In this document: piece after piece, positions 39,702 to 48,818 of the stretch
How the letters are laid out: each line of letters begins with the position of its first letter
Position numbering within the stretch: the stretch's first letter is position 1
NCBI GenBank assembly: GCA_023410875.1
Contig: JAEYPH010000039.1
Span: 9,919-73,918 of the forward strand
From: Bacillota bacterium
GTDB taxonomy: Bacteria > Bacillota > Clostridia > Christensenellales > UMGS416
DNA length: 64,000 nt
Direction: 5' to 3'
Program-made: the position numbers and the translations under genes
The notes under the pieces: generated by a model
What the model was told of the DNA's origin: nothing
Seen by the model: the letters and a program-made list of their open reading frames with translations, nothing else
The model's database searches: none

Positions 39702-39880
39702 CCGTTCCGCTTCGGTTCTTTTTTTCTGCCCCGGCGGAGTTGCTCAGACCGGTCTTTTCGAGGTAGCAGGCGCGCACCCCATTCGAGGAAGGAGAGCGTC
39801 CATGAAGAAGACCATTGTATGGGCCGTCATCGCGCTGATGATGCTGAGCATGCTCAGTGCCTGCACCGGCACCCCGGCGA
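39702..39880 (+). repeat. Copy A of the duplicated 5' leader + RBS + signal-peptide segment
   Basis: About 90% identical by eye to 43621..43797. The shared string is ...cggttcttttt(tt)ctgccc.ggcggag.tgct..gaccggtc...gcgcgcaccccattcgag(g)aaggagagc.tccATGaagaagaccattgtatgggccgtcatcgcgctgatgatgctgagcatgctcag.gcctgc. Confidence 0.8.
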
Positions 39881-41631
39881 CCACTGCGCCCACGACCAGC
39901 CCCACGGCCAGCGAGGCCGCGAGTGTAGCTCCCACGACCAGCGAGGCTCCGAGCGTAGCTCCCACGACCGAGGCTACCCCCCAAGCCGCAGCTTACCCTG
40001 CGCCTTTCACAAAATACGCTGAACCGGTGACGATATCTGTTGGCCGCATGAGCAACGCCGGCGGTCAGTACGCCCCGGGCGACAGCGCCGAGAACAACGC
40101 ATGGACCCGCCTGGTCAAGGAAGTCCTCAATGTGGAAATCGACGTCGTCTATGACGTCGACGCCTCCAACTATGACAGCACGATGCTGCTGGCAGCGGCC
40201 AGTGGCACTCTGCCGGACACCTTCCAAATCACCGGCACCCCCGCCGCCTACGCGCTCTTCCTTAGCCTGGCGAAGCAAGGCAAGCTTGCCGACATCACCG
40301 ATGCCTACAAGGCCGTCATCGGCGGCAAGACCAAGGATTACCTGGACAAAAACGTGGACACCGCCCTGCTGAATCAATACTTTACGATCGACGGCAAGCA
40401 GTATGGCTTCTCCGCCGGTTCCGAGGGCTATAACACAGGCGCTCTGTGGATTCGTCAGGATTGGCTCGACGAGCTGGGCCTGCAGCCCCCGAAGACAATC
40501 CAGGATATCGAAAGTATCGCTCTGGCCTTCATAAAAGCCGGTAAATGCAAGAGCGGTATCGCTTTTAACTCCGGCGCCGGCGGCATATTCGGCCAGTGGC
40601 TGGGTATCCTCCCGCTCTTCAACGCCTATGGCTCCTTCCCCGACATCTGGATCGACGACGGCAACGGCGGCGCGGTTTACGGCGCCATACAGCCCGCAAC
40701 CAAGGAAGCCCTCACCACGCTGGCTGACTGGACCCAGAAGGGCATCTTCGACAAAGGCATGATCGCCCTTGCCAACGGCGACCAGGTACGCGACACCTAC
40801 ATCGCGCCAAGCGAGGTAGGCATGTACTTCGACGCTTGGTGGGACCCGTGGCCGCAGTGGGATTATAAGGGAACTGCTGCCGCCAACGATAACAAGGGCG
40901 TCAATTGGGTTCCCTACGCGGCTCCGGTCAGCAACAAAGACGGCATCTTCTACGCCAAGGAAGAAACCTACAACCTGGGCGGTCAGGTCGTCATGGCTAC
41001 TTGCGCGCACCCCGAGGCTGTCATCATGGTTTCCAATTTCCTCGAGGAACTCAACATGAAGAGCGACCTGTACACCGCGCAGTACAATCAGTACATCCAG
41101 CCGATCATCGGCGGCACTGACGCCCGCACCAACGCTCCTGTTTCCAGCATCGTCACCATCCAGGAGCGCCCGGCTATCTATGCCGCTATTCAGAACTACC
41201 TCTCCACGGGCAAGCTGGAATACGATAAGTCCCTGATTAGCGATGGCAACGCCCCCTACATTCAGGGCGCCTACGACTATGTCAACGACAAGGGCCTCGA
41301 AAAGTGGTTTGCCAGCGACAAGGGCGACACCGCCAAGGCCGATGCCATGTTCCGCTATGTCGGCTACAAAGGCTTCAACCTGTTTGGCAAGATATTCATT
41401 GGCGGCGAGAAAGACGGCACATACAAGACCGTGAAGCAAGCCTTCATCGGCTCCACCACCTCCTCGCCGAAATATGCCGCCACCTTGGATGAACTGCGCA
41501 ACACGACCTTCATGCAGATTATCTCCGGCGAGAAACCTGTCAGCGAATTTGATACCTTCGTAACGCAGTGGAAATCCCTCGGCGGCGATACCTTCACCCA
41601 GGAAGTCAACGACCAGCTCAAGCAGAAATAA
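39802..41631 (+). CDS. Extracellular solute-binding lipoprotein (large LplA-like type)
   Basis: Starts at ATG 39802 (MKKTIVWAVIALMMLSMLSACTG, lipobox) after AAGGAGAG. The track start at 39673 is an upstream extension. Confidence 0.85.
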   Translation: MKKTIVWAVIALMMLSMLSACTGTPATTAPTTSPTASEAASVAPTTSEAPSVAPTTEATPQAAAYPAPFTKYAEPVTISVGRMSNAGGQYAPGDSAENNAWTRLVKEVLNVEIDVVYDVDASNYDSTMLLAAASGTLPDTFQITGTPAAYALFLSLAKQGKLADITDAYKAVIGGKTKDYLDKNVDTALLNQYFTIDGKQYGFSAGSEGYNTGALWIRQDWLDELGLQPPKTIQDIESIALAFIKAGKCKSGIAFNSGAGGIFGQWLGILPLFNAYGSFPDIWIDDGNGGAVYGAIQPATKEALTTLADWTQKGIFDKGMIALANGDQVRDTYIAPSEVGMYFDAWWDPWPQWDYKGTAAANDNKGVNWVPYAAPVSNKDGIFYAKEETYNLGGQVVMATCAHPEAVIMVSNFLEELNMKSDLYTAQYNQYIQPIIGGTDARTNAPVSSIVTIQERPAIYAAIQNYLSTGKLEYDKSLISDGNAPYIQGAYDYVNDKGLEKWFASDKGDTAKADAMFRYVGYKGFNLFGKIFIGGEKDGTYKTVKQAFIGSTTSSPKYAATLDELRNTTFMQIISGEKPVSEFDTFVTQWKSLGGDTFTQEVNDQLKQK

Positions 41632-41724
41632 TCGAACTTAGGTTCGGCATGTCGTCAGCGTGCCGCATGGGTGGGGCTTAGCCTCACCCGTGCGGCGCTG
41701 ATTCTGTTTCCGAAGGAGAAGCAT

Positions 41725-42633
41725 ATGAAGCGTAACGGACACCAATTGGCTTACCATTCCATGATGATACCGGGGATGATTGTCCTTCTGATATTCAGCG
41801 TGCTTCCGATGGTAGGCCTGCTGATGTCTTTCGAATACTACGAGCCGGCCGCTCCGTGGTTCGGCCTTAAGTCGGAGTGGGTCGGGTTTGCGAATTTCGT
41901 CACGATGTTCATCAAGCATCCGGGCTCCAAGCAAGCGATTATCAACACAGTCATCATCGCCGTTTCGAAGATCGTCCTCAATCTTATCGTGCCGGTCATC
42001 TTTGCCCTCCTCTTGAACGAGCTCACATCCAAGAAGATGCGACGGCTCATCCAGACGGTCGTGGTTCTGCCGAACTTCCTCTCCTGGGTGGTCGTGGGAG
42101 CCATGTTCAAGCAGGGTATTTTCGGCGGCGTAGGCATCATCAACAACGCTCTGCAGACTCTGGGCTTTATCAGCCAGCCGATCGACTTCATCTCGTCCAA
42201 CATCTGGATGCGGCCCATCGTCATACTGACCGACGTATGGAAAGGCTTCGGATACAGCGCAATCATATATACATCGGCGATTACGTCCATCGACGTCGGG
42301 CTCTACGAAGCCGCCGACATCGACGGCGCAAACCGCTGGCAAAAGATGATACACATTACGCTCGCAGGGATCATGCCCACGGTCATACTGATGGCAACAC
42401 TCTCCCTGGGCAGCATACTGAACGCCGGTCAGGACCAGATTCTGAACCTGTACAACACGACCACGTACCAGTCCATCGACGTCATCGACACGTTCGTCTA
42501 CCGCATCGCGCTCAGGGAGGGGCAGTTCCACATGGGAACCGCTCTGGGCTTGGCGAAATCCGTTATCAGCATGGCGCTGATCCTTATTTCCTATAAACTG
42601 GCCGACAGGTTTGCCGGATACCGAATCTTTTAG
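41725..42633 (+). CDS. Carbohydrate ABC transporter permease (LplB-like)
   Basis: Starts at ATG 41725 (MKRNGHQLAYHSMMIPG) after AAGGAGAAG. The EAA loop is YEAADIDGANRWQKMIHITL. The protein ends in AGYRIF. Confidence 0.9.
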   Translation: MKRNGHQLAYHSMMIPGMIVLLIFSVLPMVGLLMSFEYYEPAAPWFGLKSEWVGFANFVTMFIKHPGSKQAIINTVIIAVSKIVLNLIVPVIFALLLNELTSKKMRRLIQTVVVLPNFLSWVVVGAMFKQGIFGGVGIINNALQTLGFISQPIDFISSNIWMRPIVILTDVWKGFGYSAIIYTSAITSIDVGLYEAADIDGANRWQKMIHITLAGIMPTVILMATLSLGSILNAGQDQILNLYNTTTYQSIDVIDTFVYRIALREGQFHMGTALGLAKSVISMALILISYKLADRFAGYRIF

Positions 42634-42648
42634 GGGGAAGCGACGACG

Positions 42649-43554
42649 ATGGTTAAGAGAAAAATTGGAATTGGGGACATTGTCATCGTTCTCTGCCTGA
42701 TTTTTGCAGTGGTGATGTGCCTGATACCCCTACTCAACACGCTGGCAATTTCTTTCAGCGACTCCACCAGCGCGGGCGGCGGCAAGGTACTCGTATGGCC
42801 TGTCGTTTACGGGGAGCCCTGGTACCATTTCAATCTGGGCGCGTACAAAGAGCTGTTGAAAGACGCGAAGTTCATCACCGCGCTTTGGATTTCCATCCAG
42901 CGCACCGTCATCGGGGTCGGCCTCAACGTTTTGCTGTGCATCCTCTGCGCCTATCCCTTATCCAAGCCCACCACACAGTTCCGGCGGAAGAACTTCTATA
43001 TGTGGTTCTTTGTCTTCCTGATGCTATTCAACGGCGGCTTGGTTCCGACCTACGTCGTCGTGTCCCGCCTGGGGCTCATCAATAAGATAGCTGCGCTGGT
43101 GCTCCCCGGCGCGCTTCCCATTTTCAGCTGCATCATACTCATGAATTTCTACAAGACCGTACCGCGCTCGCTTGAGGAGGCCGCTCTTATTGACGGCGCC
43201 GGGCCGTGGCGTGTCCTGACGCAGATTTACATCCCTTTGTCCATGGCGTCAATCGCCGTGGTTGCCCTGCTCTCCCTGGTGGGGCACTGGAACGATTTCT
43301 TCGGCGGGCTTGTCTACATGAGCCAGACGAAGTACTATCCTCTGCAAACGTACATCTACACGCTCTCCACGAGCGTGGACGCCCAACGCCTGAGCAGCAT
43401 GACGCCAAAACAGATACAAGAGATGTTCGCGGCGATGGGCCTGCCGTTTTCCAGCGCGAAGGTGGTCGTCTCCACAATCCCCATCATGATCATCTACCCA
43501 TTCCTCCAGCGCTACTTCGTCACCGGCCTTGTGATGGGAGCGGTGAAGGAGTAG
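42649..43554 (+). CDS. Carbohydrate ABC transporter permease (LplC-like)
   Basis: 301-aa multi-TM ORF with EAA loop LEEAALIDGAGPWRVLTQIYIP. Confidence 0.9.
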   Translation: MVKRKIGIGDIVIVLCLIFAVVMCLIPLLNTLAISFSDSTSAGGGKVLVWPVVYGEPWYHFNLGAYKELLKDAKFITALWISIQRTVIGVGLNVLLCILCAYPLSKPTTQFRRKNFYMWFFVFLMLFNGGLVPTYVVVSRLGLINKIAALVLPGALPIFSCIILMNFYKTVPRSLEEAALIDGAGPWRVLTQIYIPLSMASIAVVALLSLVGHWNDFFGGLVYMSQTKYYPLQTYIYTLSTSVDAQRLSSMTPKQIQEMFAAMGLPFSSAKVVVSTIPIMIIYPFLQRYFVTGLVMGAVKE

Positions 43555-43620
43555 AAAAAACAATCATTTCTCTAGCTTTGCTAGGGTTTTGAGCTTAAAC
43601 TTAATAACATTGAACATTGG

Positions 43621-43797
43621 CGGTTCTGTTTCGGTTCTTTTTCTGCCCTGGCGGAGCTGCTTGGACCGGTCCTTGCGAGGTCAAAAGGCGCGCACCCCAT
43701 TCGAGAAGGAGAGCATCCATGAAGAAGACCATTGTATGGGCCGTCATCGCGCTGATGATGCTGAGCATGCTCAGCGCCTGCTCCGGCGCCCCGGCGA
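43621..43797 (+). repeat. Copy B of the duplicated 5' leader + RBS + signal-peptide segment
   Basis: See copy A. The encoded signal peptide MKKTIVWAVIALMMLSMLSAC is identical in both binding proteins. Confidence 0.8.
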
Positions 43798-45101
43798 TCT
43801 CCGCTCCCGCCACCAGCGCCCCCGAGGCTCCGGCCACCAAGACCCACGCGCCCTCGGAGCCCGTGGCCATTCGCATCAGCATCACCGAAGGCGAAATCAG
43901 CAAGGATCAGATCGCCGCGTTTGAGACTGCCAACCCCGGCATCAAGATCGAGCTGGCCGCCCTGGACGCCACCAAGCTGGCCGCTGAACTGGCCACCAAC
44001 AGCGCCCCCGACATCATCCGCATCAACGGCGCCTTCGATCTGCCCGGCTATGTCATCCGCGGCATCGCTTCGGACATCACATCCCGCATGGAGACCAGCT
44101 CGGTCATCCAGATGAACGACCTGCTGCCCATCTGCGATGTATACCGCTTCGACGGTTTCGCCATCGGCAAGGGCCCCTATTACGGCCTGCCCAAGGACTG
44201 GTCCAACGACTACGCGATTTTCTACAACAAAAAGTGCTTTGACGCCGCAGGCGTGGCCGTGCCCGACCCCACCAAGGTTCTCACCTGGCAAGAGGTCATG
44301 GAGCTGGCCAAGAAGCTGACGATCACCCAGGACAAGAAGATCGTGCAATATGGCTTGTCCGCCAACGAGTGGGGACAGACCGTGCCCTACTTCAATGCCA
44401 TGATGCAGTACGTGCTGAGCGCCGGCGCCAAGATCAGCAATGATGACAACACGACCATGGATTTCAATCAGACCGCCGTCAAGGATTTCATCACCCTGTG
44501 GGTGGATGCCGTGAAGGCCAACGTAGGCCCCAACCCCATCAACAACGACCAGACCTCCGGCGGTGACCTGTTCCTGGCAGACAAGTCCGCCATGATCATC
44601 GACGGCTACTGGTACAGCGGCGTCATCCGCGGCAACGCCAACACCCAGACCCATCTGGATGACTTCGGCATGCTGCCCACGCCCATGGCCGAGAACGGCG
44701 CCCGCGTGGCCCCCACCGGCGGCGCCACCGGCGCCATCATCTACAGCGGCTCCAAGAACCCCGACCAAGCCTGGACGTTCTTCGAGTGGTTCTTCGGTGG
44801 CCAGCCTGCTGATGACCGCGCCAAGACCGGCTGGGGCATGCCCATCTTCAAGAGTAAGCTGGCTCTGCTGCCCCAGGAGACCAACTTCGACAAGCAGGTG
44901 CTGGCCGTCCTCAACGACGAGACCAACTACCAGAAGTCCTTCCTGCCTGTGAACTCCTATCTGGCGGGCAGCGGCTGGGGCATCTTCGACAAGTATGTCG
45001 CCCCGCTGTATTTTGACAAATCCACCCTCGACGAAGCCATCACCGGCATGACCAAGGACGCCAACGTCGTTGTGACCGAGGCGCGCAACGCGGTCCAGTA
45101 A
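43719..45101 (+). CDS. Extracellular solute-binding lipoprotein (about 460 aa, MalE/family-1 type)
   Basis: Starts at ATG 43719 (MKKTIVWAVIALMMLSMLSACSG) after AAGGAGAG. Two MalF/MalG-type permease genes follow. Confidence 0.85.
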   Translation: MKKTIVWAVIALMMLSMLSACSGAPAISAPATSAPEAPATKTHAPSEPVAIRISITEGEISKDQIAAFETANPGIKIELAALDATKLAAELATNSAPDIIRINGAFDLPGYVIRGIASDITSRMETSSVIQMNDLLPICDVYRFDGFAIGKGPYYGLPKDWSNDYAIFYNKKCFDAAGVAVPDPTKVLTWQEVMELAKKLTITQDKKIVQYGLSANEWGQTVPYFNAMMQYVLSAGAKISNDDNTTMDFNQTAVKDFITLWVDAVKANVGPNPINNDQTSGGDLFLADKSAMIIDGYWYSGVIRGNANTQTHLDDFGMLPTPMAENGARVAPTGGATGAIIYSGSKNPDQAWTFFEWFFGGQPADDRAKTGWGMPIFKSKLALLPQETNFDKQVLAVLNDETNYQKSFLPVNSYLAGSGWGIFDKYVAPLYFDKSTLDEAITGMTKDANVVVTEARNAVQ

Positions 45102-45131
45102 AAGGCGTAACGCCTCCTTTTTGAAAGGCAC

Positions 45132-45163
45132 GGGAGAGGTCAACGCGAAAGCGGACCTCTCCC
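45132..45163 (+). terminator. Intercistronic hairpin after the SBP gene (attenuator or stabiliser)
   Basis: The sequence is gggagaggtc-(12 nt)-gacctctccc. A weaker aggcg/cgcct + TTTTT element precedes it at 45102-45122. Confidence 0.45.
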
Positions 45164-45192
45164 GGCGCGCTTTCGCTTATGAGAGAGAGGAT

Positions 45193-46098
45193 ATGAAGGA
45201 GAAAACGCGCAAGACCGTCGCCTTTTACGCGATGATATCGCCTTGGTTCATCGTGTTTCTGTTCATGGGGCTGTTTCCTCTGTTGTATGGCCTGTATCTG
45301 AGCTTCACCAATTACTACGGCTTCAACATGAACGCGCTCAAGTTCACCGGCCTGCACAACTACGAGCTGGTGTTCACCGATACCGACGCCATGAAGGCAT
45401 TGGGCCGCACGATGCTGTTCTCGCTGATCAATGTGCCGCTGGGCACGTCCGTGGCGCTGTTTCTGGCGCTGCTGCTCAACAGCCGCACCCGTGGCAGCGG
45501 CTTTTTCCGCACAGTGTTCTATCTGCCATCGATCATACCGGTCATCACAACCGTGATGCTGTGGAAGCAGCTGCTGTTCTCCAGCAATGGAGGCGTGCTC
45601 AACACGATATTCTCAGCACTGGGTGTCGGCGAGATCAACTGGTTGGGCTATGACTTTGCCACGGTGTCGCTGGTCATGATGTCCACATGGGGCGCCGGCG
45701 GCGGCGTGCTGATCTATCTGGCCGGCCTCAAGGGCATTCCGCTGGAGCTCTACGAGTCGGCGTCCATCGACGGCGCCAACATGTTCCAGATGTTCTTCAA
45801 GATCACCGTGCCGCTGATGACGCCGGTTATCTTCTTCAACGTCATCATGGGCATTATAGGCTCTCTGCAGGTGTATCTGCAGCCCATCCTGCTCACGGGA
45901 ACGGAGCTGCTCAGCCGCCCCATCGAGCCCAACTACATGTATGTCGTGCACGCGTTCCAGCAGATCTTCAGTTCCCAGCGCTTCGCCTATGGCATGTCGC
46001 TGCTGTGGGTTTTGTTCATCGTGATCCTGGTGCTGTCCGTCGTCGTGTTCCGCACCAGCAAGTACTGGGTGTATTCCGAGAGCGATCAGGAGGGTTGA
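45193..46098 (+). CDS. Carbohydrate ABC transporter permease (MalF-type)
   Basis: Starts at ATG 45193 (MKEKTRKTVAFYAMISPWFIVFLF) after GAGAGAGAGG. The EAA loop is YESASIDGANMFQMFFKITVP. Confidence 0.9.
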   Translation: MKEKTRKTVAFYAMISPWFIVFLFMGLFPLLYGLYLSFTNYYGFNMNALKFTGLHNYELVFTDTDAMKALGRTMLFSLINVPLGTSVALFLALLLNSRTRGSGFFRTVFYLPSIIPVITTVMLWKQLLFSSNGGVLNTIFSALGVGEINWLGYDFATVSLVMMSTWGAGGGVLIYLAGLKGIPLELYESASIDGANMFQMFFKITVPLMTPVIFFNVIMGIIGSLQVYLQPILLTGTELLSRPIEPNYMYVVHAFQQIFSSQRFAYGMSLLWVLFIVILVLSVVVFRTSKYWVYSESDQEG

Positions 46099-46099
46099 C

Positions 46100-46939
46100 A
46101 TTAAAAAGAAAGCAAGAGAGAAACCGACCCCCGGTTCCGCCGTCGTCTACACCTTCCTGATCATACTATCGGCGGTCTTCATCTTCCCGTTGTATCTGGC
46201 CTTCGTCAATTCGGTCAACGAATGGTATTCCCCGCCGACGATCACGCTGCAGGCCTTTCGGCTGGACAACTACTACTATGTGACGACGCTGATCGACTTC
46301 TGGCTGTACACCCGCAATTCACTGATCCTGAGCGCCATCACCGTGACCACGACGGCGCTGAGCAGCGGCCTGGCCGGCTACGCCTTCGCGCGGCTCAAGG
46401 CGCCGGGCAGGAACGTTCTGTTCATGGTCGTGCTTTCCACAATGATGCTACCGGGCATCGTCACGCAGATTCCCACCTACATCCTGTTCTATAAGTTCAA
46501 GCTCATCAACTCCTACCTGCCGTGGCTGCTGTGGGGCTTGGGCGGCAGCGCCTTCAACATCTTCCTTTACCGTCAGTTCTTCGCCACGGTGCCCACAGAG
46601 CTGGAAGACGCCGCCCGCATCGACGGCTGCTCGATCTTCCGCACCTACTGGAACATCTTCCTGCCCATCTCGCTGCCGGTGGTGGCCACGGTAACGATAC
46701 TGGCCTTCCACAGCTCGTGGAACGACGTCATCGGCCCGTTCATGTATCTTAAGCAGGACATGTATCCTCTGGCCACGGCGCTGAGCATGATCGGCTATAC
46801 GGCCAACGGCAGCAGGCAGGTCATCACACAGGTCACCACCGGCGCAGGCTTGCTGCTGGCGGTGCCCGTCATCGTCACGTTCTTCCTGGGCCAGCGCTAC
46901 ATCGTGCAGGGCATTGTAACAACCGGCATCAAAGGGTAG
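46100..46939 (+). CDS. Carbohydrate ABC transporter permease (MalG-type), probable non-canonical ATT start
   Basis: The track starts at TTG 46190, which would delete TM1 (VVYTFLIILSAVFIFPLYLAF, encoded by 46142-46204). The frame is open from 46025 with no ATG, GTG or TTG. ATT at 46100 sits 5 nt after AGGAGGG (46088-46094). The EAA loop is LEDAARIDGCSIFRTYWNIFLP. Confidence 0.7.
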   Translation: MKKKAREKPTPGSAVVYTFLIILSAVFIFPLYLAFVNSVNEWYSPPTITLQAFRLDNYYYVTTLIDFWLYTRNSLILSAITVTTTALSSGLAGYAFARLKAPGRNVLFMVVLSTMMLPGIVTQIPTYILFYKFKLINSYLPWLLWGLGGSAFNIFLYRQFFATVPTELEDAARIDGCSIFRTYWNIFLPISLPVVATVTILAFHSSWNDVIGPFMYLKQDMYPLATALSMIGYTANGSRQVITQVTTGAGLLLAVPVIVTFFLGQRYIVQGIVTTGIKG

Positions 46940-46989
46940 CGGCAAGACCTCCCTTGCCACTGCCGGAGTGGCTGGCCTAACCAAAGACT

Positions 46990-47027
46990 AAAAAAGGAAC
47001 CGCCTCGAGTGAAGCGGTTCCTTTTTT
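46990..47027. terminator. Bidirectional rho-independent terminator between convergent operons
   Basis: The sequence is AAAAAA-ggaaccgc-(10 nt)-gcggttcc-TTTTTT. Confidence 0.8.
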
Positions 47028-47049
47028 GCCGTAACGGCGGTATACAGGA

Positions 47050-48771
47050 TTAGTTGAGGATCTTGGGATCGGCCTTGGCCTGTTCGTTGACGTAGGCGGC
47101 CATGTCTTCATAGCCAGCGGCCTTCATCTTGTTACGGATGTTCTCGATGACAGCCTTGCACTCGTCGTCGGTCTTGGTCAGGAAGGCCTTCTTGAGCTCG
47201 TCGCCGATGTTCAGCGTGGACATCTTCTCATCATAGGTGGGCTTGCCGGTCCAGCTGTCCACAACGTCGTCAACGGTCTTGTATTCGATGAACTTCAGGG
47301 GGTTGATCTCACGGGCCTTCACATAGCCGGCCTCGTTGTAGTCAGCGTCCCAGCCCTTGCTGAAGCTCGGGTCGGCGCCGATGAACTGGCCGCCAACGCC
47401 GAAGCCCATCAGGTTCCACGCGGTGGAGTCACCCTTGCGGGTCTTGTCGGCTTCTTCGGTGTACTTGGGCACGCCGTTGTCCATGGTGTAGGTCTGGCCT
47501 TCGATACCAAACTTGGACAGGATCAGGCCTTCGTCGGAGTTCAGGTAATCGATGAAAGCCAACGCCTTCTCGGGGGTCTTGATCTGCTTGGAGAAGAAGA
47601 CGACCGGGGTGCCGGTGCGGCCAATGCGCTCAACCTGAGAGGGGACGCCGCCCTGCATGTCCAGGATGGGGCCCAGGGGCACAAAGGTCATCTCGGGATT
47701 GGTGGTCATCAGAGTGCTCTGGAAAAAGCCATACTGGTTGGGATAGTGGCAGCCGAACACCGCGACGCGGCCGGTGACCATCTTTTCCTTGCCCTGCGTG
47801 TCGGTCTGAGTGAAGCACTCGGCGTCCATCAGGCCTTCGGCAACCAGCTTGCGCATGTAGAGGGCCCTATCAACATAAGCCTGGGTGAACACGTCATTGA
47901 CGAGGGTGCCGTCGGCCTGCTTGGCCCAGCCGGTCACGCCGCCGTTGTTGAAGCCCTTGAGGAACTGGCCATAGTCCCAGCCGTTGTGCCAGGTGCCGCC
48001 GGGGATGACGGGCTTGCCGTTGATGTCGGTGAAGCTGCCTTCCTTGATCTTCTTGAGCAGGTCATAGACTGCATCCTGCGTCGTCACGGATTCGGGGGTG
48101 ATGCCCAGCTTCTCCAGGATGTCCTTGCGGGCGAATAGGTTGTAGGCCCAGTCACGGACGTCTTCCTTGCCGCGGCCGGTCTGGGTGGGAATGACATAGA
48201 TCTCGCCGTTGTAATCTTTGTGGTTGACGTCCTTGTCCAGATACTTCTGGGAGATGACGCCCACTTCATACAGGCGGTTGATGTTGGGATACTTGCCGCT
48301 GTCCAGATAGGACTTCAGGGGCAGAAGCAGGCCCTGCACGCCGGCGTTCTTGATCAGTTCGCCTTCGCCGCCGGGATCGGTGCTCCAGTGAGGGCCGTTG
48401 GTCATGTCGGGCAGATCGCCGGAGGCGAACACGGTGGCGAGCTTTTCACGCTCGGAGCTGGTGATCGTCTCGACCTTCAGAGCGACGCCGGTCTTGGCCG
48501 TTATAGCCTGGGCAACGACGCCCTTGTCCCAACCGTCCGGGAAAGCGGCGGCACCGCCGTTCCAGTCCATCAGGAAGGAGTAGGTGGTGACTTCGGCTGC
48601 GGGTGCGGTAGAGGGTTCAACCGCGGTGGTGGGAGCCTCAGCAGAGGGGGTGGCTTCGGGGGCGGCGGTGGTGGCCGCAGCGGACGAGGCCGGGTTGGCA
48701 GGGGTTCCGCAGGCGGTCAATGATGCAATCATCATGCCGACCACCAGCAGAACGAGCAACTTGCTCTTCAT
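47050..48771 (-). CDS. Extracellular solute-binding lipoprotein (large LplA-like type)
   Basis: 573 aa. The signal peptide MKSKLLVLLVVGMMIASLTACGT carries a lipobox and is followed by an Ala/Thr/Pro linker. Confidence 0.85.
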   Translation of the reverse strand: MKSKLLVLLVVGMMIASLTACGTPANPASSAAATTAAPEATPSAEAPTTAVEPSTAPAAEVTTYSFLMDWNGGAAAFPDGWDKGVVAQAITAKTGVALKVETITSSEREKLATVFASGDLPDMTNGPHWSTDPGGEGELIKNAGVQGLLLPLKSYLDSGKYPNINRLYEVGVISQKYLDKDVNHKDYNGEIYVIPTQTGRGKEDVRDWAYNLFARKDILEKLGITPESVTTQDAVYDLLKKIKEGSFTDINGKPVIPGGTWHNGWDYGQFLKGFNNGGVTGWAKQADGTLVNDVFTQAYVDRALYMRKLVAEGLMDAECFTQTDTQGKEKMVTGRVAVFGCHYPNQYGFFQSTLMTTNPEMTFVPLGPILDMQGGVPSQVERIGRTGTPVVFFSKQIKTPEKALAFIDYLNSDEGLILSKFGIEGQTYTMDNGVPKYTEEADKTRKGDSTAWNLMGFGVGGQFIGADPSFSKGWDADYNEAGYVKAREINPLKFIEYKTVDDVVDSWTGKPTYDEKMSTLNIGDELKKAFLTKTDDECKAVIENIRNKMKAAGYEDMAAYVNEQAKADPKILN

Positions 48772-48818
48772 GGGGGGTCCTCCTTTTTATTGATCTCCTT
48801 TTGTATCTCGACCAAGGA

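Noticed and set aside
39701-39727. Possible terminator (agccg..cggtt stem + T7 run) after the histidine kinase gene.
   Set aside because: The stem is only about 5 bp and includes a wobble pair. The equivalent part of the duplicated copy at 43621-43645 cannot form it. The T-run is more likely just part of the shared leader.
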